A stretch of 64,000 nt of DNA from Bacteroidota bacterium (GCA_030682385.1 JAUXOG010000067.1:8790-72789), one strand, 5' to 3'. Shown: positions 49,770 through 60,957, counted from the stretch's first letter. Program-made: numbers and translations. The notes: a model not told the origin generated them from the letters alone.

Positions 49770-51026
49770 TTATTTACTTTTATACCTATCGAGTTCCTTA
49801 TCGAATTTTTGCCGCTGTGTCTCAATCAGGTTTTCCTTTACTTTTCTTGCCATTCTTTCGTGTAAAGTTGGAACGAGTTCGATCTTTAAAAGTATAGTTA
49901 ATTCTTTTTTTGATGTTAAAACTTTGTCGTAGCCGAAAATATATCTCAAGCCAAAAACCCACCACGGCAAATCTTTTAATATCGGAATACCACTTCGTTC
50001 CTTCGAATCAAAGTTTGAATATAAACCACCTATCACAGCTTCTTCGCCATCAATCATCAATAAAACAGTTTTAGCTCTGGTTCTACTGATAGTTGGGGCT
50101 TCGCCGAGGGCGGTGATTACGCTTCTCTCAACTTCGAGGTCTAAATAAACAAATTCATTTTCACCTTCTTTAATTACATACGGAGTAACTTCGATAATCG
50201 TACCAGTAGGAATCTGTTCAATAACAGTATTTCCCGCGAAGTCTTTTTTCTTCACAGAAATATCTTCACCGACCTGTATCTTTCCTTTTTCGCTGGATCG
50301 CACAACTATTTGCGGATTGGATATTACCTCGCCCAAATTATTTTCTGAAAAGAGACGGACTATGGCATCTAAATTTCCAAAGGATAAATCGACACCCTTT
50401 AATGCAAGATTAAAGAGAAGAGTATCGCTCACTTTTTTGGCAGTTTGCTGTTCGATAGTCAGTGATTTAAATTGATCATCGGGTTTGCTTCTAAAAAATT
50501 TCCAATTAATACCCGATTCATGCATTTTGTTTAAATCGACATTGAAGAAGACGGCAGAAATCTTAACTTCGCGGCTGTTCATATTTACCGGTTCTTTTTC
50601 GAATGCCAGCCCGCCTGTCGCTTTGTCGGTTACTGCTTCACCCTTTGCTCCTGTAATCTCAAAATAGTCTTGATATTCTAAATACCATAAATTGTTGATT
50701 TTAAGTATTAATTCCAGTGCGTCCTGCCAGTGCATTGCTTTTATATCGATACCGATTGGTATGGCTCGTTTAGAGGGATCGATAATTAGTTTCCCAAGGT
50801 ATTTTTTACTGACATCACTTAGAGCTGCGATTGCTTTATCGAACGGGGTGGTTTGTGCGATAGAGGCTATCTCGTCCTTGGATACAAATTCTCTTAGGAC
50901 TCGTTTTTCAGTTTGGGAAAAAGCAACTTGTTCAGAAACGAGACTAAAAATTAATAGTAGCGCAAATAAAGTTAATAAGTTTTTTTTTAATGTTTTCATT
51001 TTGTCCTCACTTCTGTTTTTGTCCAT
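49770..51026 (-). CDS. pilQ: Type IV pilus secretin (PilQ/GspD family), short form
   Basis: Secretin C-domain signature VISNPQIVVRSSEKGKIQVGEDI ... GIPILKDLPWWVFGLRYIFG. Signal peptide present. Confidence 0.8.
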   Translation of the reverse strand: MDKNRSEDKMKTLKKNLLTLFALLLIFSLVSEQVAFSQTEKRVLREFVSKDEIASIAQTTPFDKAIAALSDVSKKYLGKLIIDPSKRAIPIGIDIKAMHWQDALELILKINNLWYLEYQDYFEITGAKGEAVTDKATGGLAFEKEPVNMNSREVKISAVFFNVDLNKMHESGINWKFFRSKPDDQFKSLTIEQQTAKKVSDTLLFNLALKGVDLSFGNLDAIVRLFSENNLGEVISNPQIVVRSSEKGKIQVGEDISVKKKDFAGNTVIEQIPTGTIIEVTPYVIKEGENEFVYLDLEVERSVITALGEAPTISRTRAKTVLLMIDGEEAVIGGLYSNFDSKERSGIPILKDLPWWVFGLRYIFGYDKVLTSKKELTILLKIELVPTLHERMARKVKENLIETQRQKFDKELDRYKSK

Positions 51027-51891
51027 AACGAATATTCAATTCAAATTTTTCTATTATACCACCCTTGTTCAACGTACATTCAATACGTCCGAGAACCGGG
51101 TCAACCTTAGTTACATAGCCTAAATAAACCTCATCGCCCTCAGTCAGCGCCCGCATTTTATTACTCTGGTCGATTACAAAAGCTTTGCCGGGCACTACAG
51201 CTTTTAAATCGGAACGCTCAATTTCAACCAGGTCATCAAGGTTGGGGGGCAAATCTCTAAGTATTAATGGTGCAAACGGGTCGGTGGTTAGTGTGGCTGG
51301 AATCAGCTTCTGTTCGCCTGCCGACGAGTAAAGTTCGGGAATCGACGAAAAGTAAGCATCTAAAAGTATTTGGTAAGTAACCAACAACTCGGTTTCTTTA
51401 GTTTCCTTATTTGTAGTTTCTAAACCGCGTAATGCCATCGCATTAATTTTATATAAGAGCCGGTTGTTTTCGAGATACCAGATGAAGCGGAAAAGATTTT
51501 CAAAGGGTGCCTCGCCTTTTAAATTGTAAGTATTAAATCCATAATTTTGTGCGGCATTGGCACCTACGAAAAGCATATCTAATTTTATTTCGCCACTTTT
51601 ACCAATCAACTGATTAATATAATTATATGTTTCGCCGGTAACATTAACCGGTGGGATATCTTTGTTTCTCGATTCCCATCTTTCTTTAGTGCTAACTAAT
51701 TGCTCGCTTAAAGAATTAAATTGATTGACTAAGTCGGGAGTGTTTTGCAGTTCTGCATCTATCGTCTGTATTTGTTTTTGTATAGTTCCAATTTTTTTAG
51801 GCAGATGCGCGCTCCTGAAATAAAAACCGATTGCTAAAATAATCCCTAGAAGAACTCCTAAAACAATTGTATTTCGTAATATATATGACAC
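51007..51891 (-). CDS. PilO-PilP fusion pilus assembly protein
   Basis: N-terminal transmembrane helix plus coiled coil (PilO-like). C-terminal DPFAPL...beta domain typical of PilP. Confidence 0.6.
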   Translation of the reverse strand: MSYILRNTIVLGVLLGIILAIGFYFRSAHLPKKIGTIQKQIQTIDAELQNTPDLVNQFNSLSEQLVSTKERWESRNKDIPPVNVTGETYNYINQLIGKSGEIKLDMLFVGANAAQNYGFNTYNLKGEAPFENLFRFIWYLENNRLLYKINAMALRGLETTNKETKETELLVTYQILLDAYFSSIPELYSSAGEQKLIPATLTTDPFAPLILRDLPPNLDDLVEIERSDLKAVVPGKAFVIDQSNKMRALTEGDEVYLGYVTKVDPVLGRIECTLNKGGIIEKFELNIRYGQKQK

Positions 51892-51908
51892 TTCATCCTC
51901 CTAATCTC

Positions 51909-53522
51909 TTAATGTGGTTTTTCTTCTGATTGTTGGGCCGATCCAGTCTGTTGACTAGACGGCGGTTCGTTTTGCCGAATTTCGATACCTTTGGGAATGC
52001 TAAGTTCATAGTTGTAAACCGTTTTTTCGCGGATCTCTTCTTGAAGTACTTTATTTAAAATTGCGTTTGAATTAAGTTGTGCAATTTTGGGAATTCTTGA
52101 GCGATATATTGCAAAACCGTTAAATACTAAATTTCCTCCTTGGGCACCTTTAAGGTCGGTAATCCAGAGAGAGTTGATATTTTCGATGGAATGCGAGACT
52201 TTCTCGATTAACTGCGACCATTTATCATATCCCGGAACAATTGAATCATAAACTGAAAGTGCAAGACGATAGCGTTCGAGTTGGTCATTGAGACTGCTAA
52301 TTTTAACTTGTAGTCTTTGGTTTTCTTCTAATTGTGCTTGCTTTTGTACAAGAATTTCTTTTTGGGAATGTAGTTCGGAATTGAGCATCGATATTTGATA
52401 AGTGAAATAAAAAGTACTGAAAAATATAAGACTGAGAAGTAGATACCCGTGCCAGCCTAATTTAAAAGCACGTTGTTCTTCGCGGATAAACTCGGGAAGT
52501 AGATTGATTGGATAGAACGCAGGATTATTTTCGTCTAAAATTTTCCATGCGGTTGCTATTGCCACTGCATATTCGGGTATAAGTTCTTGCGTTTCGGGGG
52601 AAAGAAAACTTGTATCAAGATAAGGTGTTTGCAAATACTGGATATCGACTTCGGGTAATTGGTCTTTTAGAAACTCGTCGAAAGTACTGCGGCGGCTTTC
52701 GCCCGCTAATAATATCCGGTCGATGCGTGGAATTCCTAAATTATCTTGTTCCAATAAGAGGCGGCTATAAACAGTATTTTGAATATTTATTGAATCGTAG
52801 CCTTCGCCTAATACCGGGGCGAAATGGAAGAACTCAGACCCTTTCATAAAAATCAAACGGGTAAACTCGGTGCCTACGTAAACGATAGCGCTGATTTCAT
52901 CAGGAGCGAAGCCGTAGTTAGCACGTGCTAAGTTCATTAGTGCAATATCTGATGTTTCTATTAGGGGAATTCTGGGAGTGCGGTTGTTGAGGAAGGGTTT
53001 AATGTCTTCAATTGTTCGGTACAAACTAATTCCGTCTTCGCGAACGGCGCAAACCAAGTTTCTATCGGATGAATAGAAAACATCAACCGCATCTTGTGCG
53101 GGTTGAACAGAACGAACTTTTTTTAACTCTTCTATGATTCTCTCTTTAAGCTTTGTCCCTTTCAGCCCAAAATCGCTCTCGATCGTATGATAGTAAACGC
53201 TTGGTTCAGAGATAGCATATCCAAGTAAGTACGACGTTGGTTTATATTCAGATAAGAGACCAATCAAAACACTGTTGTTGTCTTCACTGCTTTCAGGGCG
53301 ATCTGCCCCGGTTGGTATCGAGAATGTATCGGTTGTGGTTTCAGCGAAACCATCTGACAAATCTTTGAGCTGCCGTTCTTCTAATTTGTTTACGAGCGAG
53401 GCAACTTTTAGCTCATCAATAACAACACTTTTACCCTTCTTCGATAATTTAGCAAATTTAATTTCAAGGCCATCAACAAAAAGACCGACGGCACTTTTTT
53501 TATTACCTCTCATGGTCGCCAT
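51909..53522 (-). CDS. PilM-PilN fusion pilus assembly protein
   Basis: N-terminal actin-like PilM ATPase-fold region. C-terminal transmembrane helix (GYLLLSLIFFSTFYFTY) plus a coiled coil, as in PilN. Confidence 0.65.
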   Translation of the reverse strand: MATMRGNKKSAVGLFVDGLEIKFAKLSKKGKSVVIDELKVASLVNKLEERQLKDLSDGFAETTTDTFSIPTGADRPESSEDNNSVLIGLLSEYKPTSYLLGYAISEPSVYYHTIESDFGLKGTKLKERIIEELKKVRSVQPAQDAVDVFYSSDRNLVCAVREDGISLYRTIEDIKPFLNNRTPRIPLIETSDIALMNLARANYGFAPDEISAIVYVGTEFTRLIFMKGSEFFHFAPVLGEGYDSINIQNTVYSRLLLEQDNLGIPRIDRILLAGESRRSTFDEFLKDQLPEVDIQYLQTPYLDTSFLSPETQELIPEYAVAIATAWKILDENNPAFYPINLLPEFIREEQRAFKLGWHGYLLLSLIFFSTFYFTYQISMLNSELHSQKEILVQKQAQLEENQRLQVKISSLNDQLERYRLALSVYDSIVPGYDKWSQLIEKVSHSIENINSLWITDLKGAQGGNLVFNGFAIYRSRIPKIAQLNSNAILNKVLQEEIREKTVYNYELSIPKGIEIRQNEPPSSQQTGSAQQSEEKPH

Positions 53523-53590
53523 TATATATAGAACCTTTCATAAACTTATAAACAATTTAATAAATTGTTTTATCAAAAAAAAATACGAAA

Positions 53591-54814
53591 TCAATGTGTT
53601 ACTAAATTTAAAATTTGCTGGAGCCGACGCTTGTTATTTGCATAACTCATAGCATTTTCGAGTGAAATTCTCTTTGTTAAATATAAGCGCTTTAAATCCT
53701 GTTCTAAGGTAGTCATTCCTTCGTCGCCAGATTCAGACATCATCTGGTATATCTCGCTGGTATTATTATTTTTGATTGCTGCTTTTACAGAAGGATTAGC
53801 AACCATAATTTCCTTGGCTAATACTACTTTTCCATCTAAACTTGGAATAAGTTTTTGCGATATTACTAATTTAACAACATCTGCCAAACGATTACGTACA
53901 CGTTCCTGCTCGTATGGTGGAACTTCCCCGATAATTCTATCGATACTTTCAACCGCAGATGATGTGTGAAGGGTTGAAAATACTTTATGACCGCTGTCGG
54001 TTATTTCGAGGGCTGTCATAATTGTATCCGGATCGCGCATCTCACCTATCACTATAATATCAGGGTCTTGCCGGAGCGATTGGATAGCTCCTTCTTTAAA
54101 AGAAAGTACATCACGCCCAATTTCCCGATGCCGGATTATACATCTATCCGACTTATGCACATATTCGATCGGCGAAGCAATTATTACAACATGTCCATCT
54201 ACAGAATGATTGTTCGCGTCGATGATTGTATCTAATGTAGAACTTTTTCCTGAACCAGTAATACCCGTTACGAGTATCAAACCTTCCATCGTATGAGCGA
54301 GATTGAGTATTTTAGAAACATTCGAGTGAAAGTCTAATAATTTATACGGACGCACGATGGCATTTATAACACGCATATTCAATGCTAACTGGTCGAGGTC
54401 GAAGTAAGTATCGGCACGAAAACGGTACATCAGATCGTTTTTAAAAATAGTATATGAAAAATCTAAATTACGATTTTCGTAAAGAAATTGTCTTTGGCGT
54501 TCGAGCAAAATAGTAAGAATGATAATGTTGATTTCATCGAAAGTATATGAACCGGACGCGGTATCCGGTTTTTTATCGCCATAAATACGATACCAAATTC
54601 TCCCTTGCGATCCGAAGCCACCGATATCGATATCGGAGGCATGGTTTTCTTCCATCCGAATTAAAAAACTATCGAATAATTTTTTAATGATAGTACGTTC
54701 TTCAGGACCCTGGCGATTTACGAGGTCGCCGATAATCATCATTCTCTCGACACCATAAGCGGTATCGGGAATACTTGCTGTAATATGTTTTAATATTAAT
54801 TTCGCTTCTTCCAT
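53591..54814 (-). CDS. pilT: Twitching-motility retraction ATPase (PilT/PilU family) with an N-terminal extension
   Basis: Walker A GITGSGKSSTLD. Asp box, Walker B and His box (HTSSAVESIDRI) are conserved. 407 aa. Confidence 0.8.
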   Translation of the reverse strand: MEEAKLILKHITASIPDTAYGVERMMIIGDLVNRQGPEERTIIKKLFDSFLIRMEENHASDIDIGGFGSQGRIWYRIYGDKKPDTASGSYTFDEINIIILTILLERQRQFLYENRNLDFSYTIFKNDLMYRFRADTYFDLDQLALNMRVINAIVRPYKLLDFHSNVSKILNLAHTMEGLILVTGITGSGKSSTLDTIIDANNHSVDGHVVIIASPIEYVHKSDRCIIRHREIGRDVLSFKEGAIQSLRQDPDIIVIGEMRDPDTIMTALEITDSGHKVFSTLHTSSAVESIDRIIGEVPPYEQERVRNRLADVVKLVISQKLIPSLDGKVVLAKEIMVANPSVKAAIKNNNTSEIYQMMSESGDEGMTTLEQDLKRLYLTKRISLENAMSYANNKRRLQQILNLVTH

Positions 54815-54889
54815 TAATACAGAACTTTAATTATATCCTGATAAAACATTGAAAAATATAGTTTAATATATGAAAATTATTTACACTTG

Positions 54890-56305
54890 TCAATATTCAG
54901 GAATTCTAACATTTTCCCACCAATTAGCAATAGAGTAAGTTGACCGGTAAAAACCCGGAAAGAATGGCGGTCTTACACTTGTATTGCTAAGTCTTTCGTC
55001 ATAATAATACCTTTTCGAAAAACCATTTTTTAGTGTTGAACCGGCAAATTGCCCCACAGCTCCCCGTGTATTTTGTATGAGTCCACCGACTATTTTTAAC
55101 CAACCACTTACCGGACGTGAATTCCAGTCCTCAGCTGTAAATGAACCAGCCCGCGAAAAAATACTTGCATGAATTTCGCAATTAGTGTTATTTGCAGTGT
55201 TGTTAGATACGATAACACTTCCCTCAGAAACTAATCCTAACATATCGTCGCTTGTAATAATTGTTTGGGGATTCCGTTCATAAGTAACATCGTCAATTAC
55301 ATACATGTTATTTAACGATCCGATTGAGAGACGACCATCTAATTTACCCTTCACATATACTATCTGATTACCTAATATAACTCCGTTGAATCCTGCAGCA
55401 TTAAGTATGACAGAATCTACAATGGGACCTGCGGCGGAATTTCGTATATATGCTTTTCCGTCGTTATTGTCGGAGGTTCCGGCATTTAATTCTACCCAAA
55501 TATCATTTGTATATCTTTTGCCACCGGATGTTGAAGCGGCTATGAGTTCGTTCAGATCAGTTGGATATTGAATGGGTGCGACACCGGTCTCGTATCCTTT
55601 TTTAAAAATCGCATTACTTTGTCCGCTCCCGGGTTTCGGATTGAAAGCTTTTGCAGTTGTTACCTTTTCGATGAAAACCGGGCTGCCGCTTATATGTAAA
55701 TTACCGTTGGAGTGAACGCGGCCCCAAACCGTATCGCCGGTTATCCAGAAAACATTTCCCTCAAAATTGGTCATCCAGGCATACATCGAGAAGCTTTGGG
55801 CTAACTGCTTTGAAAAGAAAACTTCTACCGTATCGTGATAAGTTTTGGGAGGAATTCCCCGGGTGCTTGTAAATGTAGAAACTGTACGCAGTCGAAGATT
55901 TGTCATGCTTAAACTATCAACCCTCGCGGTAAATGAACCCCCTTTAAGGTTGCCCGAAGTAAAAGTTTGCGTTGTAATGACCCCTCGTAACCCTGGGTTC
56001 TGATATAATTTGCTGATGGAAGCATTTGCACCCATCACTGCAAGGTTGTGTGATTGTGAAACATCATAATAATATGCCATATTATCGATAGAATTAGATT
56101 CGAGCCAATTTAAGCGAGTACCAACTATTCCGAAAATGACTCCGAAACCTAACACAAGTATTATTGCGCCTTTGCCGAACATAATGTTTTCTCCTTTATC
56201 GTTTAAAATTTTGTGATGCGAGTCGAGTTTGCCGCCAGTAAGAACTTGAGAATAAAGCATTTTGTTCGCCCGGACGAACATCTCGTGGATCACGATATAA
56301 TGCAT
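54890..56305 (-). CDS. Hypothetical membrane-anchored pilus-associated protein
   Basis: Internal Met followed by a hydrophobic helix (MFGKGAIILVLGFGVIFGIV). No family recognised. Assignment is by position in the pilus cluster. The N-terminus may be shorter than the track ORF. Confidence 0.35.
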   Translation of the reverse strand: MHYIVIHEMFVRANKMLYSQVLTGGKLDSHHKILNDKGENIMFGKGAIILVLGFGVIFGIVGTRLNWLESNSIDNMAYYYDVSQSHNLAVMGANASISKLYQNPGLRGVITTQTFTSGNLKGGSFTARVDSLSMTNLRLRTVSTFTSTRGIPPKTYHDTVEVFFSKQLAQSFSMYAWMTNFEGNVFWITGDTVWGRVHSNGNLHISGSPVFIEKVTTAKAFNPKPGSGQSNAIFKKGYETGVAPIQYPTDLNELIAASTSGGKRYTNDIWVELNAGTSDNNDGKAYIRNSAAGPIVDSVILNAAGFNGVILGNQIVYVKGKLDGRLSIGSLNNMYVIDDVTYERNPQTIITSDDMLGLVSEGSVIVSNNTANNTNCEIHASIFSRAGSFTAEDWNSRPVSGWLKIVGGLIQNTRGAVGQFAGSTLKNGFSKRYYYDERLSNTSVRPPFFPGFYRSTYSIANWWENVRIPEY

Positions 56306-56813
56306 ACGAATTTTGAACTTCTAACGTAATCTCGACTATTTTAATCATTGCTAAATCAATTGAAGCAATCGGTGGTATGAGTGTATCCAATTGCCCTTGG
56401 CTATAATATCGCAGCCTAAAATCGGTTACAATTCCGATACTTTGGATTGCGCCCCCATTTACACGTCTGTGTAAAAAACGATCCCTCTCATTTTGAGTGT
56501 GAGCAAGTCCACTCACATGACCTAACCAATACTCGACTCTGTCGGGGGTACCGCTTCGATTCAAATCGGATAAAAAGGTGATCGCCGTGTCGCGCGCGTG
56601 AATAACGGTAGCTGAATCCTCATTTACACCGACACCCATATTCCGGAACTCCCCCTCAACAATTTGGACTATTGATATCAGCATTTGCTGAACAAGCACA
56701 TCGCCATTTATCAGTGTTGAATTTTCGCCTACAACATTGTTTGCATTAATTATACTCAGTAGCAATACGCCTCCGATTATTGTTGCTATTATTATATCAA
56801 GAAAAGTTGCCAT
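56196..56813 (-). CDS. Minor-pilin-like protein (N-terminal hydrophobic helix)
   Basis: MATFLDIIIATIIGGVLLLSII resembles a prepilin N-terminus, with an acidic residue at +4 or +5. 205 aa. Confidence 0.45.
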   Translation of the reverse strand: MATFLDIIIATIIGGVLLLSIINANNVVGENSTLINGDVLVQQMLISIVQIVEGEFRNMGVGVNEDSATVIHARDTAITFLSDLNRSGTPDRVEYWLGHVSGLAHTQNERDRFLHRRVNGGAIQSIGIVTDFRLRYYSQGQLDTLIPPIASIDLAMIKIVEITLEVQNSYALYRDPRDVRPGEQNALFSSSYWRQTRLASQNFKR

Positions 56814-56830
56814 ATCTTCCTCATTTTTTT

Positions 56831-57367
56831 TTAGTCAAAGTGAAAATATCCCATAACTATAGATGTTTTTAACGTATCGGTACTTAATGGTTGGATACGA
56901 CTGATATTTATATCAAGCCGCTTTACGAAAGTTCTGGATGTTACCTTTTGATTAATATTATCAGGGTTCACGTAATAGACTTGAAATGAAGTTTTGTATG
57001 TTCCAATAATTCCGGGATTTGAATTTTCAATTATCGAATAATTGTGCAAATCATCAATATCGTCAAACGTGGGAAAGCTTGTTTCGGGTTCTTCGTCTAT
57101 AGGAGGCGGGTTTTCAGGTCCCAATGAAGTGGGATTTTTTAAAAGACCCATGGATGCTGTTGTGATATTAGAATCTATTGTAGCTTCATCAAAATTTAAT
57201 CCGTTTGCAAGCTCCATATATGTAGTGGCAAGTGTCAGTTGGTTTATACCTAATTGAGAACTGTCGATTGTGTCTCCACTTCGTGCTAATAGCTGATAAA
57301 AAGAGACTATTAGGGTCGAGAAGAGTACAAAAGCTCCAATCGTTAGCAGAGTTTGGTTAGATGACAT
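56831..57367 (-). CDS. Minor-pilin-like protein
   Basis: MSSNQTLLTIGAFVLFSTLIVSFYQLL N-terminal hydrophobic helix. 178 aa. Confidence 0.4.
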   Translation of the reverse strand: MSSNQTLLTIGAFVLFSTLIVSFYQLLARSGDTIDSSQLGINQLTLATTYMELANGLNFDEATIDSNITTASMGLLKNPTSLGPENPPPIDEEPETSFPTFDDIDDLHNYSIIENSNPGIIGTYKTSFQVYYVNPDNINQKVTSRTFVKRLDINISRIQPLSTDTLKTSIVMGYFHFD

Positions 57368-57738
57368 ATTACCAGTCTCCTCTATTGTTATTTATTTTAG
57401 TAACATTAAAATATTCACTCAACATATTTTTGTTTAACATTGTAGCGCCATTGCGCTGATAATCGAAATCGTTTGTCGTATATCCATAAAAGTTTCTTTT
57501 TATTATGCTAATTACTTACAAATTACATTTGCATCAAGTCACTTTCTGTCTTCTCAGTCGCAAAAATCCGGTTGCAAAGTGAGAAGTATCACCATTAAAG
57601 GAACAATGGATATGCCAGGCAGGTATTATAAATTGTGGGGGTATAAAGATATAAGTTTTAGAAGGATAGTGAATGTAAAATGTGAAGAAAGAAAGGTAAA
57701 AATTACCTTCAACCCTTGTAATATCTACAATAATGACA

Positions 57739-59538
57739 CTAATCTTCAGTTGTTGTGGCAAGTATCTCCTCGAATGTTGTTACACCTTCCATCATCCTTT
57801 CCATACCGGCTCTACGTAACGACCACACACCATCTTTGGCGGCTTGTTCGCGAATTGCATTTTCATCTATATCGTTTCCTGCACTTACTATCAGTTGTTT
57901 AATTTCGCGTGTGAAATATAGAGCTTCGTGAATTGCACATCGTCCTTTCCAGCCCTGATTACATTTTTCGCAGCCGATTGGCTCGTAAAAAGTGCTGTTG
58001 TCCAACATCTCGTCTGTAAATCCAAACTTAATATAGATTTCTCTTTCTTTTTCATTTAAAGGCATCGGCTTTTTGCAGTTTTTGCACAAGGTTCGTATAA
58101 GTCGTTGAGCAACTACTATATTTATGGCATAAGCGATAAGGAACGGTTCCACACCCATCTTAAATAAACGTGATATTGCACTTGGCGCATCGTTAGTATG
58201 GAGTGTAGAAAAAGTTAAGTGACCTGTGTTTGCAAGTTTAATTGCAATTTCTGCTGTAGTTTTATCACGCATTTCTCCCACAAGAACTATATCAGGATCG
58301 TGCCGTAAAATACCTCGCATGGCACTGTCAAAATCCATCTTGGGACCAATCTTTAATTGTCTGGCTCCTCTAATAATGTACTCAACGGGATCTTCTACGG
58401 TTAGTACGTTTACAGTGGGATCGATAACCTGATGTAAGGCTGCTATTAGAGTTGTACTTTTTCCGCTTCCTGTAGGACCGGTTAATATCACGATTCCCTG
58501 TGGTTTTGAAATTGCTTTGTAGAAACAATCGCGTGCAGGTCCTTGTAAACCGAGTTTGTTCAAATCTGTAATTACTTTTCGATCATCGAGAACACGAATT
58601 ACAATGCTTTCTAATTTGTGGCTGAACTCGGTGGCTACTATAGGCATAATTGAAACGCGGAAACGCATTTGATGACCATCGATAACACGCTGGATAAAAC
58701 CATCCTGCGTCATTTCACGCTCGAAGCGGTCGATATTTTTCGACCTGTCCTTTACTACTGCGGCAATCGCTTCGGGCATTGTGTTCTCCTGTGTATGCCA
58801 AAGTTTTAAGTTACCATCTAATCGAAAGAGGAAATCGGTGCGGTTTCCTTCTCTCGCTATAATATGTATATCGCTTGCACCCTGGCGAACTGCTTCAACT
58901 AAAGCTCCTTCGACTAAATTTATTAGGGCGCTTTTACTGATTTCAGCTTCGAGGGCTTCTTCGTCAACGCCTTCTTCTTCTTTTACATTAATACCGATAT
59001 CCGATGTTTCAAGGAGTTTTAAAAATTCATTTTCAGGCGGGAATATTTTCTCTAATAAGTTTGTAATTTCTTTAAAGCGACAGTAGCAAACTTCGTATTT
59101 TTTAACACCGAAATTCCGTGCTATAACCGGGATTCGTTTATCGGTAGGATCGGCTGCTATGATTATCAGTTTCTCAGAAACTTTATCGTCGAACTTCAAG
59201 GGTATAATTTTGGTCTCTATCAACATCGAACGATAAGTATCTGGCAGACCTTCGACCGTTTTTTTTATGAAGGCGATGCGGGGTAGATCGAGAACCTCGT
59301 CGGCGAGATAGATTTCACGAAAGGCGTATAAATTGGCTACTTCACGAAATACAGCATCGTGATCGATTTGAAAATCTGATACAAGAATTTGACCCAAATT
59401 ACGGCGTTTTTTCTTATCCTCTGTATCTTTTATACGAAGCGAATGTTCTAATACTTCATAATCGATAATACCCTTCTTTAGAAGAGTATATCCTATTTTA
59501 TCAGTAATGTCGATTTCGGGCATATTTAAGTAAACCAA
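57739..59538 (-). CDS. pilB: Type IV pilus assembly ATPase (PilB/GspE family)
   Basis: N-terminal GSPII_E_N-like domain. Walker A LTGPTGSGKSTTL. A CxxC...CxxC zinc-binding tetracysteine (CKNCKK...CEKCNQGW). Confidence 0.9.
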   Translation of the reverse strand: MVYLNMPEIDITDKIGYTLLKKGIIDYEVLEHSLRIKDTEDKKKRRNLGQILVSDFQIDHDAVFREVANLYAFREIYLADEVLDLPRIAFIKKTVEGLPDTYRSMLIETKIIPLKFDDKVSEKLIIIAADPTDKRIPVIARNFGVKKYEVCYCRFKEITNLLEKIFPPENEFLKLLETSDIGINVKEEEGVDEEALEAEISKSALINLVEGALVEAVRQGASDIHIIAREGNRTDFLFRLDGNLKLWHTQENTMPEAIAAVVKDRSKNIDRFEREMTQDGFIQRVIDGHQMRFRVSIMPIVATEFSHKLESIVIRVLDDRKVITDLNKLGLQGPARDCFYKAISKPQGIVILTGPTGSGKSTTLIAALHQVIDPTVNVLTVEDPVEYIIRGARQLKIGPKMDFDSAMRGILRHDPDIVLVGEMRDKTTAEIAIKLANTGHLTFSTLHTNDAPSAISRLFKMGVEPFLIAYAINIVVAQRLIRTLCKNCKKPMPLNEKEREIYIKFGFTDEMLDNSTFYEPIGCEKCNQGWKGRCAIHEALYFTREIKQLIVSAGNDIDENAIREQAAKDGVWSLRRAGMERMMEGVTTFEEILATTTED

Positions 59539-60905
59539 CTAATTATATTTTGTAGTTCGATGAAGCCCATACCGGGGCGTTTCGGTTTTATAAATGCTGT
59601 CTCGGATGATACAAGTGTCAATCCTGTAAGCACTATCATAATAATCATTGTTATCCAGAGCTGTATAAAATCGATAGCATTTCGCATTTTATAACTGGTT
59701 TCTTTTTCATAGTATTCAGCCAATTGGTGAGCTGTGTGTTTGACAGTTCCAGTTTCTGCACCGCTATGAAAACGCGAGATTGCAGTCTTAGTAAATACAC
59801 CCGACGCTTCAAAAGCTTCTGTTATGCCTGCCCCTTTTTCGACCATCATCGGAATAGCGATGGTTTTTATTTGGGCTTCCATATATCTGTTTCCGCAAGC
59901 TTCGGCTGCCATTCTAATGACATCGATATTTTCGCCCGAACCGCTATAGAGTGCATGAAACACACGGCAGAATATTTCGATACTTGTTTTATGTAACAGC
60001 GACCCGATTGCCGGAATTTTCCAGATAAACTTGTCCAATATGTACTTTCCTCGAGGTGTTGTAAAAAATCGTATCGCAAGAATAATAGGGACTAATGTTG
60101 CAATCAAAATGACGACTATGTTATCGAGTATGAAATAGCTCAACTGGAGTGTTGCATTGGTCATTGGTGGCAGATCTATTTTCATTTTTGCAAATATCTC
60201 AGCCATCGGTTTAAATATCCATCCGATGTAATAAATTACAGCGGCGAAAAGGGCAGCCAATGTAACTAATGGCATAATGAGTGCACTTTTTAAATCTTTT
60301 TTAAACTGTGCCTGACGTTCAAGAAATTTTGCAGTACTTTCATAAATCTCAGCCATATTACCGCTTTTAGAAGCAAGCCCTAACATGTGTGCAGTAAATT
60401 TTCCGAAAACTGCTTCTTGTTTTACAAAAACTTTTTCGCTGTCTCTTCCCTGCTTCAGCTCCGTGTTTATTTCGCGTATCGTGTCCCTGAGTGTTTTATT
60501 CTCGATATCGTTTGTCATTAATTGCAGAATTTCGTTGTAAGGTAACTTTTGTCGTATCAAATCGGCACTAACCCGGACAAATGTTACAATATCAGCCATA
60601 GGTGGTTTAGGTCTTATATCGAATAGCTTTTTCCGGACATATAAAACACGAAAGCCCATTTTCGATAGGGCTTCCTGAACCTCTTCTTTTGTAAAGGCTT
60701 TTTGTTCACCGGTAGCAGGTTTTTCGTTACCCTTTTGTACTTTGTAAATAAAAGTACCCCGTATAGTCAACTTTAGAACTTTAAACTTCCTCTGCACAGC
60801 CATCTGGTTAGCTTTTTCCTTTGCGAGCCTGGGGCTGTCGGCTTCAAGAATACCTTGTACTGTTTTTCCGTTTGTTGATATTCCTTCTAATCGAAATTCT
60901 GGCAT
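59526..60905 (-). CDS. pilC: Type IV pilus inner-membrane platform protein (PilC/GspF family)
   Basis: Two T2SSF-type repeats. MPEFRLEGISTNGKTVQGILEA N-terminus is typical of PilC. Overlaps pilB by 13 nt. Confidence 0.85.
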   Translation of the reverse strand: MPEFRLEGISTNGKTVQGILEADSPRLAKEKANQMAVQRKFKVLKLTIRGTFIYKVQKGNEKPATGEQKAFTKEEVQEALSKMGFRVLYVRKKLFDIRPKPPMADIVTFVRVSADLIRQKLPYNEILQLMTNDIENKTLRDTIREINTELKQGRDSEKVFVKQEAVFGKFTAHMLGLASKSGNMAEIYESTAKFLERQAQFKKDLKSALIMPLVTLAALFAAVIYYIGWIFKPMAEIFAKMKIDLPPMTNATLQLSYFILDNIVVILIATLVPIILAIRFFTTPRGKYILDKFIWKIPAIGSLLHKTSIEIFCRVFHALYSGSGENIDVIRMAAEACGNRYMEAQIKTIAIPMMVEKGAGITEAFEASGVFTKTAISRFHSGAETGTVKHTAHQLAEYYEKETSYKMRNAIDFIQLWITMIIMIVLTGLTLVSSETAFIKPKRPGMGFIELQNIISWFT

Positions 60906-60957
60906 TTTTTTTATCCTCTATAAATTATAACCAATAATATAAAATTTTAGTATCACT

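Noticed and set aside
57534-57761. 75-aa minus ORF in the 370-bp gap between pilB and the minor pilin genes
   Set aside because: Low-complexity and hydrophobic, overlaps the pilB 3' end, and has no conserved features. The gap is more likely promoter or UTR sequence.
59526-59560. Pilin-like G-F-I-E-L motif (GMGFIELQNI) at the extreme C-terminus of PilC
   Set aside because: It lies inside the PilC reading frame, which overlaps pilB. It is not preceded by a start codon or followed by a pilin-length ORF, so it is probably coincidental.
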